63,995 nt of DNA, filler included, from Octopus bimaculoides (GCF_001194135.2; 6 parts of 6 records of this genome joined end to end with filler, not necessarily neighbours in it), one strand, 5' to 3'. Positions 52,122-63,995 are shown, counted from the whole stretch's first letter. Notes: generated from the sequence alone by a model not told the origin. A program made the numbers and translations.

Positions 52122-53189
52122 TGTACATGTGTGTGTGTATGTGTCATACTAAATGCATGCGTACTGTTAGAAGGCATGATGTTGTGGAATTATCTGAGAT
52201 AAAATCTCTCCATAGACATGGAGTATTAAAAACACATTACCAACCTACCTACCTACCTACCTACCTACCCACCTACCTACCTACCTACCTACCTACCTAC
52301 CTACCTACCTAACTACGTACGTACGTACCTACCTACCTACCTAACTACGTACCTACCTAACTACGTACTTACCTAACTACGTACCTACCTACCTACCTAC
52401 CAACCAACCAACCAACCAACCTACATACATACATACATACATTATTATACGTATCCAATCTCTTTCGTTTTCCTGCCTCCCCTCCCTTTTCTCCCTCTTA
52501 TCATCATACATATCCATCTTCTTGATTTCCTCCCCACCCCACATAATATTTTCCCCACGGACTCATCCCGCATACACACTTTTAATTTTTTCTTTTTTTA
52601 TTTCCTCCCGTACTTTCCTAACAACAAGGTCTGATTGACACACAAGGTAATAGCATACCTATGATGCAAATCTGAAGAAGTGCCTCTCCAATGCCTAAAA
52701 CCGCATACATTACGTAAGTTTTTTTTTTTTTTTTTTAGAGTTTTCACGTAAACTCGCGTTGCAAATGGAAATGGCACGGAAACATTTGTAACTTATAATT
52801 TAAAGATGTGCTAAAGAATTTTCTTTGCCTTCTTCTTTTCATTGGATATATATATATGACTCGTTGTACTCAAGTGAAACAACATTAGTTTAAAATCCCC
52901 ATCTATGCATCATATTAAATGTACACATACCGTTAGAAGGCACGATACTGTGGACTTGTCAGAGATAAAATCTCTTCATAAACACGTTGTGTTAAAAACT
53001 CAACGAACATCGCCATTGCTGCAGTGACTCACGAGAACAACGGACGCGTTTCACCGTTGTTGAGGCTTGTCAATACCGTGCACTCAATAGTCACCTGCAT
53101 AAAACGCGATTCATGTCTCGATTTATAGGAAACTGTGAATAATACATTGACTGTCGCCTTCGTGAGTCACCACAACGACATTTGTCACG

Positions 53190-53221
<32 letters not shown>

Positions 53222-53690
53222 NNNNNNNNNNNNNNNNNNNNNNNNNNNNNNNNNNNNNNNNNNNNNNNNNNNNNNNNNNNNNNNNNNNNNNNNNNNNNNN
53301 NNNNNNNNNNNNNNNNNNNNNNNNNNNNNNNNNNNNNNNNNNNNNNNNNNNNNNNNNNNNNNNNNNNNNNNNNNNNNNNNNNNNNNNNNNNNNNNNNNNN
53401 NNNNNNNNNNNNNNNNNNNNNNNNNNNNNNNNNNNNNNNNNNNNNNNNNNNNNNNNNNNNNNNNNNNNNNNNNNNNNNNNNNNNNNNNNNNNNNNNNNNN
53501 NNNNNNNNNNNNNNNNNNNNNNNNNNNNNNNNNNNNNNNNNNNNNNNNNNNNNNNNNNNNNNNNNNNNNNGTGTGTTTTTAATACTACAAGTCTATGGAG
53601 AGATTTTATCTCAGATAATTCCACAGCATCATGCCTGCTAACAGTACACATACATTTAGGATGACACATACACACACATGCATACACATA
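52122..53690. repeat. three copies of a ~115-bp unit, two direct and one inverted
   Basis: 52135-52236 and the reverse complement of 53572-53675 differ at 7 positions. A more diverged direct copy lies at 52905-53000. Confidence 0.85.
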
Positions 53691-53704
53691 TACATATATA
53701 TGTA

Positions 53705-53998
53705 TCACGGTATCGATCAGACTATCGGATGTTGTTATACATTGCTGGTCACAATGCGCTTCCTCACATTGTTTTAGCTTTCTAATGTCCGCCCCCCCCC
53801 CCAGCTGACTGGGCGAGAAAGCCAACATTTCCCCTGATCGGAAGGTTAGTCCATCACTGGGTGACCCATTTACAGCTGAATAGACTGGAGCAATGTGAAA
53901 TAAAAGTGTTTTGCTAAAGAACACAACGCGCTACCCATCTGAGAACCGAACCTGCGATCTAGCGATCGTGGGTGCAACACCCTAACCACTGGGCAACG
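53705..53998 (-). mobile_element. CORE-type tRNA SINE, family C
   Basis: Minus-strand A-box TGCCCAGTGG and B-box-like GGTTCGGTTC, then GTTGTGTTCTTTAGCAAAACACTT..CAGCTGTAAATGGG resembling the MIR CORE domain. Confidence 0.8.
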
Positions 53999-54397
53999 CT
54001 TATATATATGCATACACATTGCATACATCCACGCACACATGCATGCGCGCACCCACACGCATGCACCTTAGGAGGATGGAGGATGGCGGGTTACCTTAGC
54101 AGTTGTTTAACGTGGAGTTGCAACATGGTTAACGACATAAACTCAGGAACCTGAGTGTGGGTGTTAAAGACTAGGAGCTGAGTACGGAAACTCGATCGAT
54201 TTGGCAAGAAGTAATCTACGATGGTTGTAAAGCATTGGAAACATAAAAAAATCCGTCTTGAAACGAACATTTGGAAAACAAGACTTAACTTCAATCCCAG
54301 ACATTTTTCTGTCTGAAAAATGTTTGTAACATCAGCAACTGGGTCTTTTCGTACAAAGCCGGATCTGATACGAGATCTCATGACGGCACAATTGAAG

Positions 54398-54441
<44 letters not shown>

Positions 54442-55004
54442 NNNNNNNNNNNNNNNNNNNNNNNNNNNNNNNNNNNNNNNNNNNNNNNNNNNNNNNNNNN
54501 NNNNNNNNNNNNNNNNNNNNNNNNNNNNNNNNNNNNNNNNNNNNNNNNNNNNNNNNNNNNNNNNNNNNNNNNNNNNNNNNNNNNNNNNNNNNNNNNNNNN
54601 NNNNNNNNNNNNNNNNNNNNNNNNNNNNNNNNNNNNNNNNNNNNNNNNNNNNNNNNNNNNNNNNNNNNNNNNNNNNNNNNNNNNNNNNNNNNNNNNNNNN
54701 NNNNNNNNNNNNNNNNNNNNNNNNNNNNNNNNNNNNNNNNNNNNNNNNNNNNNNNNNNNNNNNNNNNNNNNNNNNNNNNNNNNNNNNNNNNNNNNNNNNN
54801 NNNNNNNNNNNNNNNNNNNNNNNNNNNNNNNNNNNNNNNNNNNNNNNNNNNNNNNNNNNNNNNNNNNNNNNNNNNNNNNNNNNNNNNNNNNNTATATATA
54901 TACATATATATATATACATATATACATATATATATATATATACATATATTCGAGTGGGTGCTGATAGCTCCTGGTTTCGGGTAAAAGAAAATACAGGAGG
55001 ATCA

Positions 55005-55135
55005 GTTAATTGTAATTTTATTCAACATATTCCCCTCTCAGATTCACAAACCTATTGCAGCAGTCCTTCAGTTTTTCTAAGCCTTGTAAAAGAGCTCGGA
55101 GCTTGGTAGGTTGGGCCTCCAGCCAAGAACTTTTC
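55005..55135 (-). pseudogene. mariner transposase C-terminal remnant
   Basis: The minus strand gives QGLEKLKDCCNRFVNLRGEYVE*. Confidence 0.75.
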
Positions 55136-55164
55136 AGCACCCCCTCGTATGGGTGTATTTATAC

Positions 55165-55370
55165 GTGCATGCATTTTGGTTTCGAATTTTGCCATAAGGG
55201 GTAGGTCGATTACATCGACCCTAGTTCTCAACTGGTATTTATTTTATCAACCCCATGAAGATGAAAGGCAAAGTCGACCTCGGCGGAATTTGAACTCAGA
55301 ACGTAAAGCCGAACGAAATGCTGCTACGCATTTTTACCGGCGTGCTAACGATCCTGCCAGCTCGCCGCCT
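55165..55370 (-). mobile_element. family A SINE, near full length
   Basis: AAAGTCGACCTCGGCGGAATTTGAACTCAGAACG..CCTGCCAGCTCGCCGCC. Confidence 0.9.
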
Positions 55371-55818
55371 TAACGTATGTACATATTGGGAACCGAGTGA
55401 CTGACTCACCTTAACGATAAAACTTATTGAGCCTCGCTTACTCATTTTATTGATTAATCTACTTTCACAGACACAATTCCTAATTTAGAGCTATTTATGT
55501 TTAGCCCAAGGTGGACGTAGGTATGTCGCTATGTGTGTTTCACTTAACAGATATTTGGTAGTATTTGTCACCTCCGCACGTATGTTTAGTTGTTGTCTTC
55601 CCTCTGACAGAGTGGTTGCATATCGTCATGCTAACTTATTAAACTGTGTGGGTAGGTACGAGTGGTGGTGAAGTTTACTGACCTGGCTGACCACTCCTGG
55701 ATTAGATGGATGGAGAATATTGTGACGTTCGTGCTTTCTCGAAGGTATTAACCACATTCAGTGAATAGAAACGTTCATAACCTTCTTTCAATAAAGACGC
55801 GATAAATGAAAGACAAAG

Positions 55819-55880
<62 letters not shown>

Positions 55881-56164
55881 NNNNNNNNNNNNNNNNNNNN
55901 NNNNNNNNNNNNNNNNNNNNNNNNNNNNNNNNNNNNNNNNNNNNNNNNNNNNNNNNNNNNNNNNNNNNNNNNNNNNNNNNNNNNNNNNNNNNNNNNNTCA
56001 ACAGTTGCTCGACCTACTTGGAATAATAGCTGAATTCCTTCAAATTGCTCCATCCTATTTCTTTTTTTTTAAAAATAATAAATGTTAAAGTTACGGAAAT
56101 TAGCGCTAACACAGACGGTTGTGGGGAGGAAACGATTAAAAAATCCGTCAGATATAATAATGAT

Positions 56165-56357
56165 TACAAATTTTGGCACAAGGTTAGTAATTTCGGGAGA
56201 GGGAATAAGTGATCGACTGGTACTTATTTTATCGATACCGAAAGGATGAAAGACAAAGTCGACTCCGGCCGTATTTGAACTCAGAACGAAAAGTGGGAAG
56301 AAATACCGTTAAACATTTTCCCCGGCGTAGTGAGGATTCTGGCAACTTGTCGCCTTA
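56165..56357 (-). mobile_element. family A SINE
   Basis: GGCACAAGG..CGAAAGGATGAAAGACAAAGTCGAC..TTTGAACTCAGAACG. Confidence 0.8.
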
Positions 56358-56378
56358 GTCTCAAAGAGATGATGATGG

Positions 56379-56427
<49 letters not shown>

Positions 56428-56667
56428 AAGAGGTCGAAAAAAGGTGTTAAAAATTTATTTTTTTTATCAATATAATCGTACTCTACACCCTCGAAAACAT
56501 GTCTCAGGCAAGTTTTATGTAATTTTATGAAAAAAAATATATGAATTTTTACGTAAGCTATGAGGAAGCAAATTAGAGGGCGGAGCACCAATCAGTAGTC
56601 GTGTCTAATCGATTAATTCTTTCACACGCCCGAATCGGTATAGAAACTTACTCATTCACTATTGTTA

Positions 56668-56700
<33 letters not shown>

Positions 56701-57059
56701 TGTGTGTGTGTGTATTTGTGTGTTTATCTCTAAAGGTCTCTAATGAGAGACATTCTTATGCCTGTTTGCATTTATACGTATCTACGTGTCACTTTTGGCT
56801 GCATTCGATCACGTGTTTATGTATGTATGTATGTATGTATGCATGCACGTATGTATGTATGTATGTATGTATGTAAGTATGTATGTATGTATGTACGTAT
56901 GCATGTATGTATACCTATCTCAGTCGCTCTCTGTCTCTTTCTGTCTGACTGAGTGTTTGTTTGTCAGTCTCTCTCCCCCCTCTCTCTGTCTATCGCTATT
57001 AGTCAATCGCTGTCTATCTCTGTGTCTATTTCTTTCCTTTCCTCTCCATACATACTCTT

Positions 57060-57337
57060 TTTTTTACTCTTTTACTTGTTTCAGTCTTTTGACTGTGGCC
57101 ATGCTGGAGCACCGCCTTTAGTCGAGCAAATCGACCCCAGGTCTTATTCTTTGGAAGCCTAGCACTTATTCTATCAGTCTCTTTTGCCGAACCGCTAAGT
57201 TACGGGGACATAAACACACCAGCATCGGTTGTCAAGCGATGTTGGGGGGGACAAACAGACATACAAACACTTACACATACATATATATATATATACATAT
57301 ATACGACAGGCTTCTTTCAGTTTCCGTCTACCAAATC
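57060..57337 (-). mobile_element. family B SINE, young-looking, cut by the scaffold end
   Basis: Close to the family consensus with CpGs retained. Confidence 0.9.
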
Positions 57338-57437
57338 NNNNNNNNNNNNNNNNNNNNNNNNNNNNNNNNNNNNNNNNNNNNTTAATTAATTAANNNNNNN
57401 NNNNNNNNNNNNNNNNNNNNNNNNNNNNNNNNNNNNN
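57338..57437. other. artificial scaffold linker
   Basis: 44 N + TTAATTAATTAA + 44 N. Confidence 0.95.
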
Positions 57438-57590
57438 CTCTAAAGGAGACTACGGCAGCGGTACTGGAAATTAATAGTTATCGCCAAGCCAACATGGCAG
57501 TCCCAAAATTAGGACGAAAGCTGCCGTGAATTAGCTCCAAGAAGCCATCGCCTCTAGCTAGCTATGTGACACACGAAACCTGTGTCCTTT

Positions 57591-57737
57591 ATAACCTTCG
57601 AACAGGGGAGGTCAGCAGTGTCCCCCTGCCGGTCTGGCATCTGCAGACTAGACTAGTTTCAGGGTGTTGCCCCTTGTCAATGCAGAGTAGCCAAGCCTTA
57701 GCCAGGCAGCGCTGCTGACTATCTGCTCGAAGGTTAT
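57591..57737. repeat. inverted repeat / possible MITE
   Basis: ATAACCTTCGAACAG..GTCAGCAG is complementary to CTGCTGAC..CTGCTCGAAGGTTAT. Confidence 0.65.
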
Positions 57738-57979
57738 TTATCTAATTTCAGTGGAATCTATCCACTGGTTTTCAGAAATAGAGTTATTAATATTTCTAAG
57801 TCTCTCTAATATATATATATATATATATATATAAACTTTTTATGTGTGTGTTTATAAATATTTAAAATAAGTACCAATAATTGATCTTGTTCTTTTACAG
57901 ATTTCTTTCTCAAAAGTCTACTGAAGCGGTGCTAAACCTACAATGGATTGTGTAATCTGCTAGAAATAAAAGACAAATG

Positions 57980-58378
57980 TCACTCACACTCTTCTGTCTA
58001 AGAAAATTATATAAATGGGTGGAAGGTTCAGTCCTACTGCGTGGCACCTTGGGCAAATATCTTCTACAATATCTTCGAGTCGACCAAGGCCTTGTAAGAG
58101 AATTTGGTAGACGGAAACTGAAAGAAGCCCGTCGTATGTGTTTGTGTGTGTGTGTGTGTGTGTATGTGTGTGTGTTTTGTGACTGAATGTGTCCCCCAAC
58201 CATCACTTGACAAGCAATGTTGGTGTGTTTACGTCCTCGTAACTTAACGGTTCGGCAAAAAAGTTCGGTAGACTAAGTAATAAGAATTAGTCCAGTGGTC
58301 GATTTGTTCGACTAAAACCATTTAAGGTGGTGCTCAAATGACTGAAAGAATAAAAGAATAAAAGAATAAAAGAATACC
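57980..58378 (+). mobile_element. family B SINE with (AAAGAATA)n tail
   Basis: GGTTCAGTCCTACTGCGTGGCACCTTGGGCAA..GGAAACTGAAAGAAGCCCGTCG, ending in an 8-bp tandem tail. Confidence 0.88.
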
Positions 58379-58554
58379 ACGATATCTGATAGATGGGCTG
58401 GCCACGATTGGAGTGCCTTACATCTTAAGTAGACTCGAGAAAAGCTGATTTGGCACTTAACAACAATAACATCACCATCAGCATTATCATCATTGCCACC
58501 AATATTGCCACCAACACCACCACGCGACAGCAACGGAGCGTTTATGAAGTCGTT

Positions 58555-58738
58555 CTATTTGTTAGAAATAGCTACCAAATCTTCCACAAATCACGTCTTA
58601 TTTCCTTTAAAAAGGACTCATCGAATAATGTGGTCCATTGTTCGCTGCAAACAGGAAAAAAGACAGGATGGTCACGGTTAGAATACCTTTGATCATACGA
58701 CTGTTCGATCAGAACTGACCTACTACTACGCAACAACA
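58555..58738 (+). mobile_element. family F repeat
   Basis: TAGAAATAGCTACCAAATC head and GGATGGTCACGG..CTTTGATCATA..TCGATCAG tail. Confidence 0.65.
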
Positions 58739-58779
58739 CCGCCTTTACCAACACCATCCACAACCCCGTTACTGCTGCC

Positions 58780-59790
58780 AACATCACCATTACCACCATC
58801 ATTGTCACCATCACCACCACCACTATCACCACTACCACCATCACCACCACCACCATCACCACCACCACCATCACCACTACCATCACTGCAACCACCATCA
58901 CTGTCGTCACCACCACTACCACTACCACGACCACCACCACTACCATCACTGCAACCACCATCACTGTCGTCACCACCACTACCACTACCACNNNNNNNNN
59001 NNNNNNNNNNNNNNNNNNNNNNNNNNNNNNNNNNNNNNNNNNNNNNNNNNNNNNNNNNNNNNNNNNNNNNNNNNNNNNNNNNNNNNNNNNNNNNNNNNNN
59101 NNNNNNNNNNNNNNNNNNNNNNNNNNNNNNNNNNNNNNNNNNNNNNNNNNNNNNNNNNNNNNNNNNNNNNNNNNNNNNNNNNNNNNNNNNNNNNNNNNNN
59201 NNNNNNNNNNNNNNNNNNNNNNNNNNNNNNNNNNNNNNNNNNNNNNNNNNNNNNNNNNNNNNNNNNNNNNNNNNNNNNNNNNNNNNNNNNNNNNNNNNNN
59301 NNNNNNNNNNNNNNNNNNNNNNNNNNNNNNNNNNNNNNNNNNNNNNNNNNNNNNNNNNNNNNNNNNNNNNNNNNNNNNNNNNNNNNNNNNNNNNNNNNNN
59401 NNNNNNNNNNNNNNNNNNNNNNNNNNNNNNNNNNNNNNNNNNNNNNNNNNNNNNNNNNNNNNNNNNNNNNNNNNNNNNNNNNNNNNNNNNNNNNNNNNNN
59501 NNNNNNNNNNNNNNNNNNNNNNNNNNNNNNNNNNNNNNNNNNNNNNNNNNNNNNNNNNNNNNNNNNNNNNNNNNNNNNNNNNNNNNNNNNNNNNNNNNNN
59601 NCACTACCATCACTGCCACCACTATCACTGTCGTCACCACCACTACCACCACCACCACCATCACCACTACCATCACTGCCACCACCATCACTGCCACCAT
59701 CACCACTACCAGCACGATCATTTCCTCCACTGTCACTGCCACCACATCACTGACATCACCACCACTACCACCATCACCACCATCACCACC
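58780..59790. repeat. CAC/CAT-rich minisatellite with a 63-bp higher-order unit, spanning a gap
   Basis: CATCACTGCAACCACCATCACTGTCGTCACC starts at 58881 and 58944, and a variant follows the gap. Confidence 0.9.
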
Positions 59791-60388
59791 AACACCCCAA
59801 GTCAATGAGGCAGCCTTCACGTGGTTGCTCAGCTGTAAGAAATTGTTGCTGCATCACTCAGTAACCACGTTCTACCATCTTTAAAATGGCATTGGAGAAT
59901 ATAATCCTACACGCAGAGTCTGAAAAAGGCAAAATGGTCACGGCTGGAACGCACTTGAACATTAGGTCTGCTCAACCAGCGCTGAGTTAACCTGATGTTA
60001 AACAATAACACCACAACAGTCATCATCATCATCACCACCACTACCATCATCATCAGCATTACCATCATCATCATTGTCGTCATCATCGCCATCAGCACTA
60101 TCATTACGACTGCCAGCATTGGTGACCCACACATCGGATCAGAGTGGTAGGGTCATCGCAAATGAAGGAAGAAAATAGCTTAAAGTTATGTTTAAAGGTC
60201 TACGAAAATCTAACATTGAGGACATTCCAGATGTGTAATGTGCTTGAATGAATTACCCACTGGCACGTTAGTTCGTAAATATACGCTCGCGTACATACAT
60301 ACATACATACATACATACGGACATACATACATTATATATACATTACGTACGGCACGCGCACACACACACAAATACACATGTGTATGAA

Positions 60389-60752
60389 GGCGCATGGCTC
60401 AGTAGTTAGAGCGTCGAGCTTACGATCGTGAGGTTGTGAGTTCGATTCCGGAACCGAGTTGCGTGTTGTGTTCTTAAGCAAGACGATTTATTTCACGTTG
60501 CTCCAGTTCACTCAGCTGTAGAAATGAGTTGTGACGTCTCTGGTGCCAAGCTGTATCGGCTCCTTTGCCCTTTCCTTGGATAACATCGGTGGCAGGGAGA
60601 GGGGAGGCCGGTATGCATGGGCGACTGCTGATCTTCCATAAAAACAACCCTAGGCTGTGTGTTCGCCGGTGAGATGGCTTTCCGCCCAGACTTGTACCCC
60701 GGAGGGGAACCTCTTAGGTGCACCCATAGTCATTCGTGACCGATGGAGTCGA
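60389..60752 (+). mobile_element. CORE-type tRNA SINE, family C, full length with long 3' part
   Basis: Head GGCGCATGGCTCAGTAGTTAGAGCG..GAGTTCGATTCC, a CORE-like block, and a GC-rich 3' region ending at (TA)n. Confidence 0.85.
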
Positions 60753-60753
60753 G

Positions 60754-60787
<34 letters not shown>

Positions 60788-61259
60788 NNNNNNNNNNNNN
60801 NNNNNNNNNNNNNNNNNNNNNNNNNNNNNNNNNNNNNNNNNNNNNNNNNNNNNNNNNNNNNNNNNNNNNNNNNNNNNNNNNNNNNNNNNNNNNNNNNNNN
60901 NNNNNNNNNNNNNNNNNNNNNNNNNNNNNNNNNNNNNNNNNNNNNNNNNNNNNNNNNNNNNNNNNNNNNNNNNNNNNNNNNNNNNNNNNNNNNNNNNNNN
61001 NNNNNNNNNNNNNAAAAGATAATAAGAGTGAAAAAACTACAGAAGGCTTGTGTTACATGGTTAAAGTATATATTTAAATTATGTCAGAAAAATGTAAGAA
61101 AAATGTTATAAAAATGTTATAAAATCTTTTTGGTATATAAACATTGTATTTTGAGAAATAACCGGTTTCGTGTTGTCTTTTCAAATTTCTCTACTTCATT
61201 GTGTCGTGTTGAGTTAGTTATAAAATCTCTGTAAGAGATGAATGAACACAGTAACTGTA

Positions 61260-61424
61260 CTGGCAAGTAATGCTTGTCGCCACTGCAACATGTACCATGT
61301 ATCCGATCTAGGTGGGCATCGTTAACCAGTTAGACGAAATGTCCTCTTGGCGTTAAAAAATCGCAATAAATTCCACTCGAACGGAACATCTATGTTGAAG
61401 TGGCGACAAACGTTACTTATCCAG
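61260..61424. repeat. inverted repeat / possible MITE
   Basis: AAGTAATGCTTGTCGCCACTGCAACAT (61265-61291) matches the reverse complement of 61392-61418 at 24/27. Confidence 0.75.
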
Positions 61425-61573
61425 CTTACACATATGCACTCGTACAGGCTTTTCTTTCTCTTGTGATTATTTCTCTTATTCTTCTTTTACGCGCTATCTC
61501 ACTGGTCGTAGCATTCAGTTCCCATCATCCCGTATTAAACATAAATACCGTTAAAAAGATAATAAATTCCACG

Positions 61574-61673
61574 NNNNNNNNNNNNNNNNNNNNNNNNNNN
61601 NNNNNNNNNNNNNNNNNTTAATTAATTAANNNNNNNNNNNNNNNNNNNNNNNNNNNNNNNNNNNNNNNNNNNN
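61574..61673. other. artificial scaffold linker
   Basis: 44 N + TTAATTAATTAA + 44 N. Confidence 0.95.
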
Positions 61674-62404
61674 TATATATATATATATATATATGGGTGT
61701 GTGTGTGTGCGTATGTATGTATGTGTGCGCTATTGTGTGTGTATGTATGTGTGTATATATATATAGACACACAAACACACAGCCTACACGCACACATATA
61801 TAAACATAGACGTATATGAACACGAGAGGTTCTGTTAAAAGTAGATGCGCGTCTTCTGCTGCGATATATTACACCTTATTTTAGCTGTTATCATACTGAA
61901 TATTCCGTGAATGAACAGATGCTACTTTTGACCGCATCTATCCAATTATTATCAATCGTAATTAAGAGCCTACTGAATAAGTGATTGAAAACGAAATATT
62001 TCATGGCAATATATATGTTGTTCAGCTTATTATTTTATAATTATAACTGCTTCTGTCCAGCCTCACGGAGTTTAGTAAAAAATAATGTTTACGAATGTGA
62101 AGTATATACTGGTTAATCCTCTTGATCACATATTGGCCTCACCTCTAATATTTTTATACTAAGCTTCAATCAAGATACTTACATATATATATTGAAACTC
62201 TCTTACGAGAAGCACCACTGCTCTATCGAGTTATATTTGGGACCAAAAGAAGGAAATAATAGACGTTACTTAAGCTGGAATATTTTACCAACGGTGAATC
62301 CGTACTTAAAAATCATTCGGCCTTGCAGACATTTCAGGTCACCCTGACATTGTGACGCGGTTTGTGCTCTCCATGTTGATTACATTCTGCAATTGAAAGA
62401 TACA

Positions 62405-62505
62405 TCATTTCGTCGATCCCACATGGACACAGACCAATGTCAACTTCGGCAGGATTTGAACTCAGTATGTAAAAGTACCGGAACAAAATTCCTCTCAAAG
62501 CATCT
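62405..62505 (-). mobile_element. family A SINE, decayed
   Basis: GTCAACTTCGGCAGGATTTGAACTCAG. Confidence 0.6.
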
Positions 62506-62734
62506 TGTTCAACATTAACGATACAGACATTTATTTCTTTAGCTCCCACAAGCACCGGTTTATTCAGAAATGTTACTAAACATATCTGGATACATGTAAT
62601 AGACAGAAATGGATCGACACCGTAAAAGAACAAATAAAATAACATAAATTTTAGAACAGCCATGTTATAGAGGCAAAAAAACATTACCTTCTAGAGATTT
62701 TAGAACTAGCTATTTTGCTCGTATATTTATATAT

Positions 62735-62765
<31 letters not shown>

Positions 62766-62955
62766 NNNNNNNNNNNNNNNNNNNNNNNNNNNNNNNNNNN
62801 NNNNNNNNNNNNNNNNNNNNNNNNNNNNNNNNNNNNNNNNNNNNNNNNNNNNNNNNNNNNNNNNNNNNNNNNNNNNNNNNNNNNNNNNNNNNNNNNNNNN
62901 NNNNNNNNNNNNNNNNNNNNNNNNNNNNNNNNNNNNNNNNNNNNNNNNNNNNACA

Positions 62956-62990
<35 letters not shown>

Positions 62991-63498
62991 TCTTTACGAA
63001 TGGTTTCATATAAGAATGATCCACTCAGTTGTTCAAGCGTGTCACATGGAAGTGTTGATATTAGTCTCCAGCCTGGGTGAGAATACATAGAACATATATA
63101 CACATACATGCCTACATACATACACACATTAATATAGAGAAATGCACGTAATTTGCCAGAATGAATAGAGCAGAATGAATGGAACAACAGCTAACATTAT
63201 GAACATAATAAAAACACGATATAAATATCCCACGCAACATTTGCAATGGTAGAGGGCGGAGCCGGTTCAAAGTTCATTCTTTTAAAAACTAAAAGACGGA
63301 GGAGCGGAGTGCAGAATTTAAATTGAAAATGATACAGTAAGGAAGCTGAATTCTTCAAAACAAACCAACTCCTGCTATATTTAGCGAAAAGGAAATCCAC
63401 AAAAAAGCTGAAGCTAAATTCAGAATATTTTAATGAATGTTATTGTTGGTGTTGAGTTAGCTGTTACTGGTTGGTCTTGTTGTTGTTGATGTTGTTGC

Positions 63499-63535
<37 letters not shown>

Positions 63536-63954
63536 GATGGTGGTGGTGGTGGTGGTGTGGTTGGTGTTGTTGCGGTTGTAATTACTGTTTACGGGGATGT
63601 CTTCTGACTGTTATGTTTATCGATTGGTTCCAAAGCTTCGTCTTTGAATTCCTTGTATGTGTTCTACTCATGCGATTGTATTGATGGCCAAGAATTTGAA
63701 AGATTTTGGCAGATTGCCTAATATTTCCTGTTTCATATCATATCATATGTGTCGGTGTGTGTTTATATCTCTCTATTTGTGAGTGTGTGTATGCGCATCC
63801 ATGTCTACATATATACACCCGTGCGTGTTCCCTCACCCACGACATTCATGCATGTATGCATACATACTTTTGCACATGTTAACAAACATGTAAACACTAC
63901 ACATATGTGTGTGTATGCCCACTATACTTTCACACACACACATATATATACATG

Positions 63955-63995
<41 letters not shown>

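Noticed and set aside
57060-58378. Inverted family B SINE pair
   Set aside because: The two copies are separated by an artificial linker and are on different scaffolds.
58572-59884. Mucin-like Thr-rich, Pro-rich or Gly-rich ORFs
   Set aside because: They derive from a CAC/CAT minisatellite that is open in several frames, with no splice or domain support.
60389-60460. Functional tRNA gene
   Set aside because: The A/B boxes run straight into a CORE-SINE body and the acceptor stem does not close, so it is a SINE head.

Overview
This is AT-rich, microsatellite- and transposon-dense animal DNA. It is most likely Octopus, inferred from remembered SINE families and repeat composition and not checked against a database. 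The window is not one contiguous locus. Five identical artificial 100-bp spacers (44 N + TTAATTAATTAA + 44 N) split it into six scaffolds: 1-18914, 19015-33726, 33827-46384, 46485-57337, 57438-61573 and 61674-63995. I recognise no known host gene, rRNA, intact tRNA or CRISPR array. Supportable content is mostly repeats: tRNA-derived SINEs of several families (including CORE-type), decayed mariner/Tc1 transposases, hAT and mariner MITEs, and decayed R4/Dong-clade LINE 3' ends. The best leads are (1) a 211-bp MITE with GG termini and an exact 8-bp TSD whose interior is inverted telomeric repeats, (2) five R4/Dong copies stacked head-to-tail through their microsatellite tails, (3) an unannotated three-exon in-frame gene model at 24044-24694, (4) a CpG-depleted domain at about 4.4-18.9 kb that suggests a methylated gene body and contains inverted SINE pairs, and (5) a GC-rich structured island at 57444-57737. 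Family labels A-F are my own working names.
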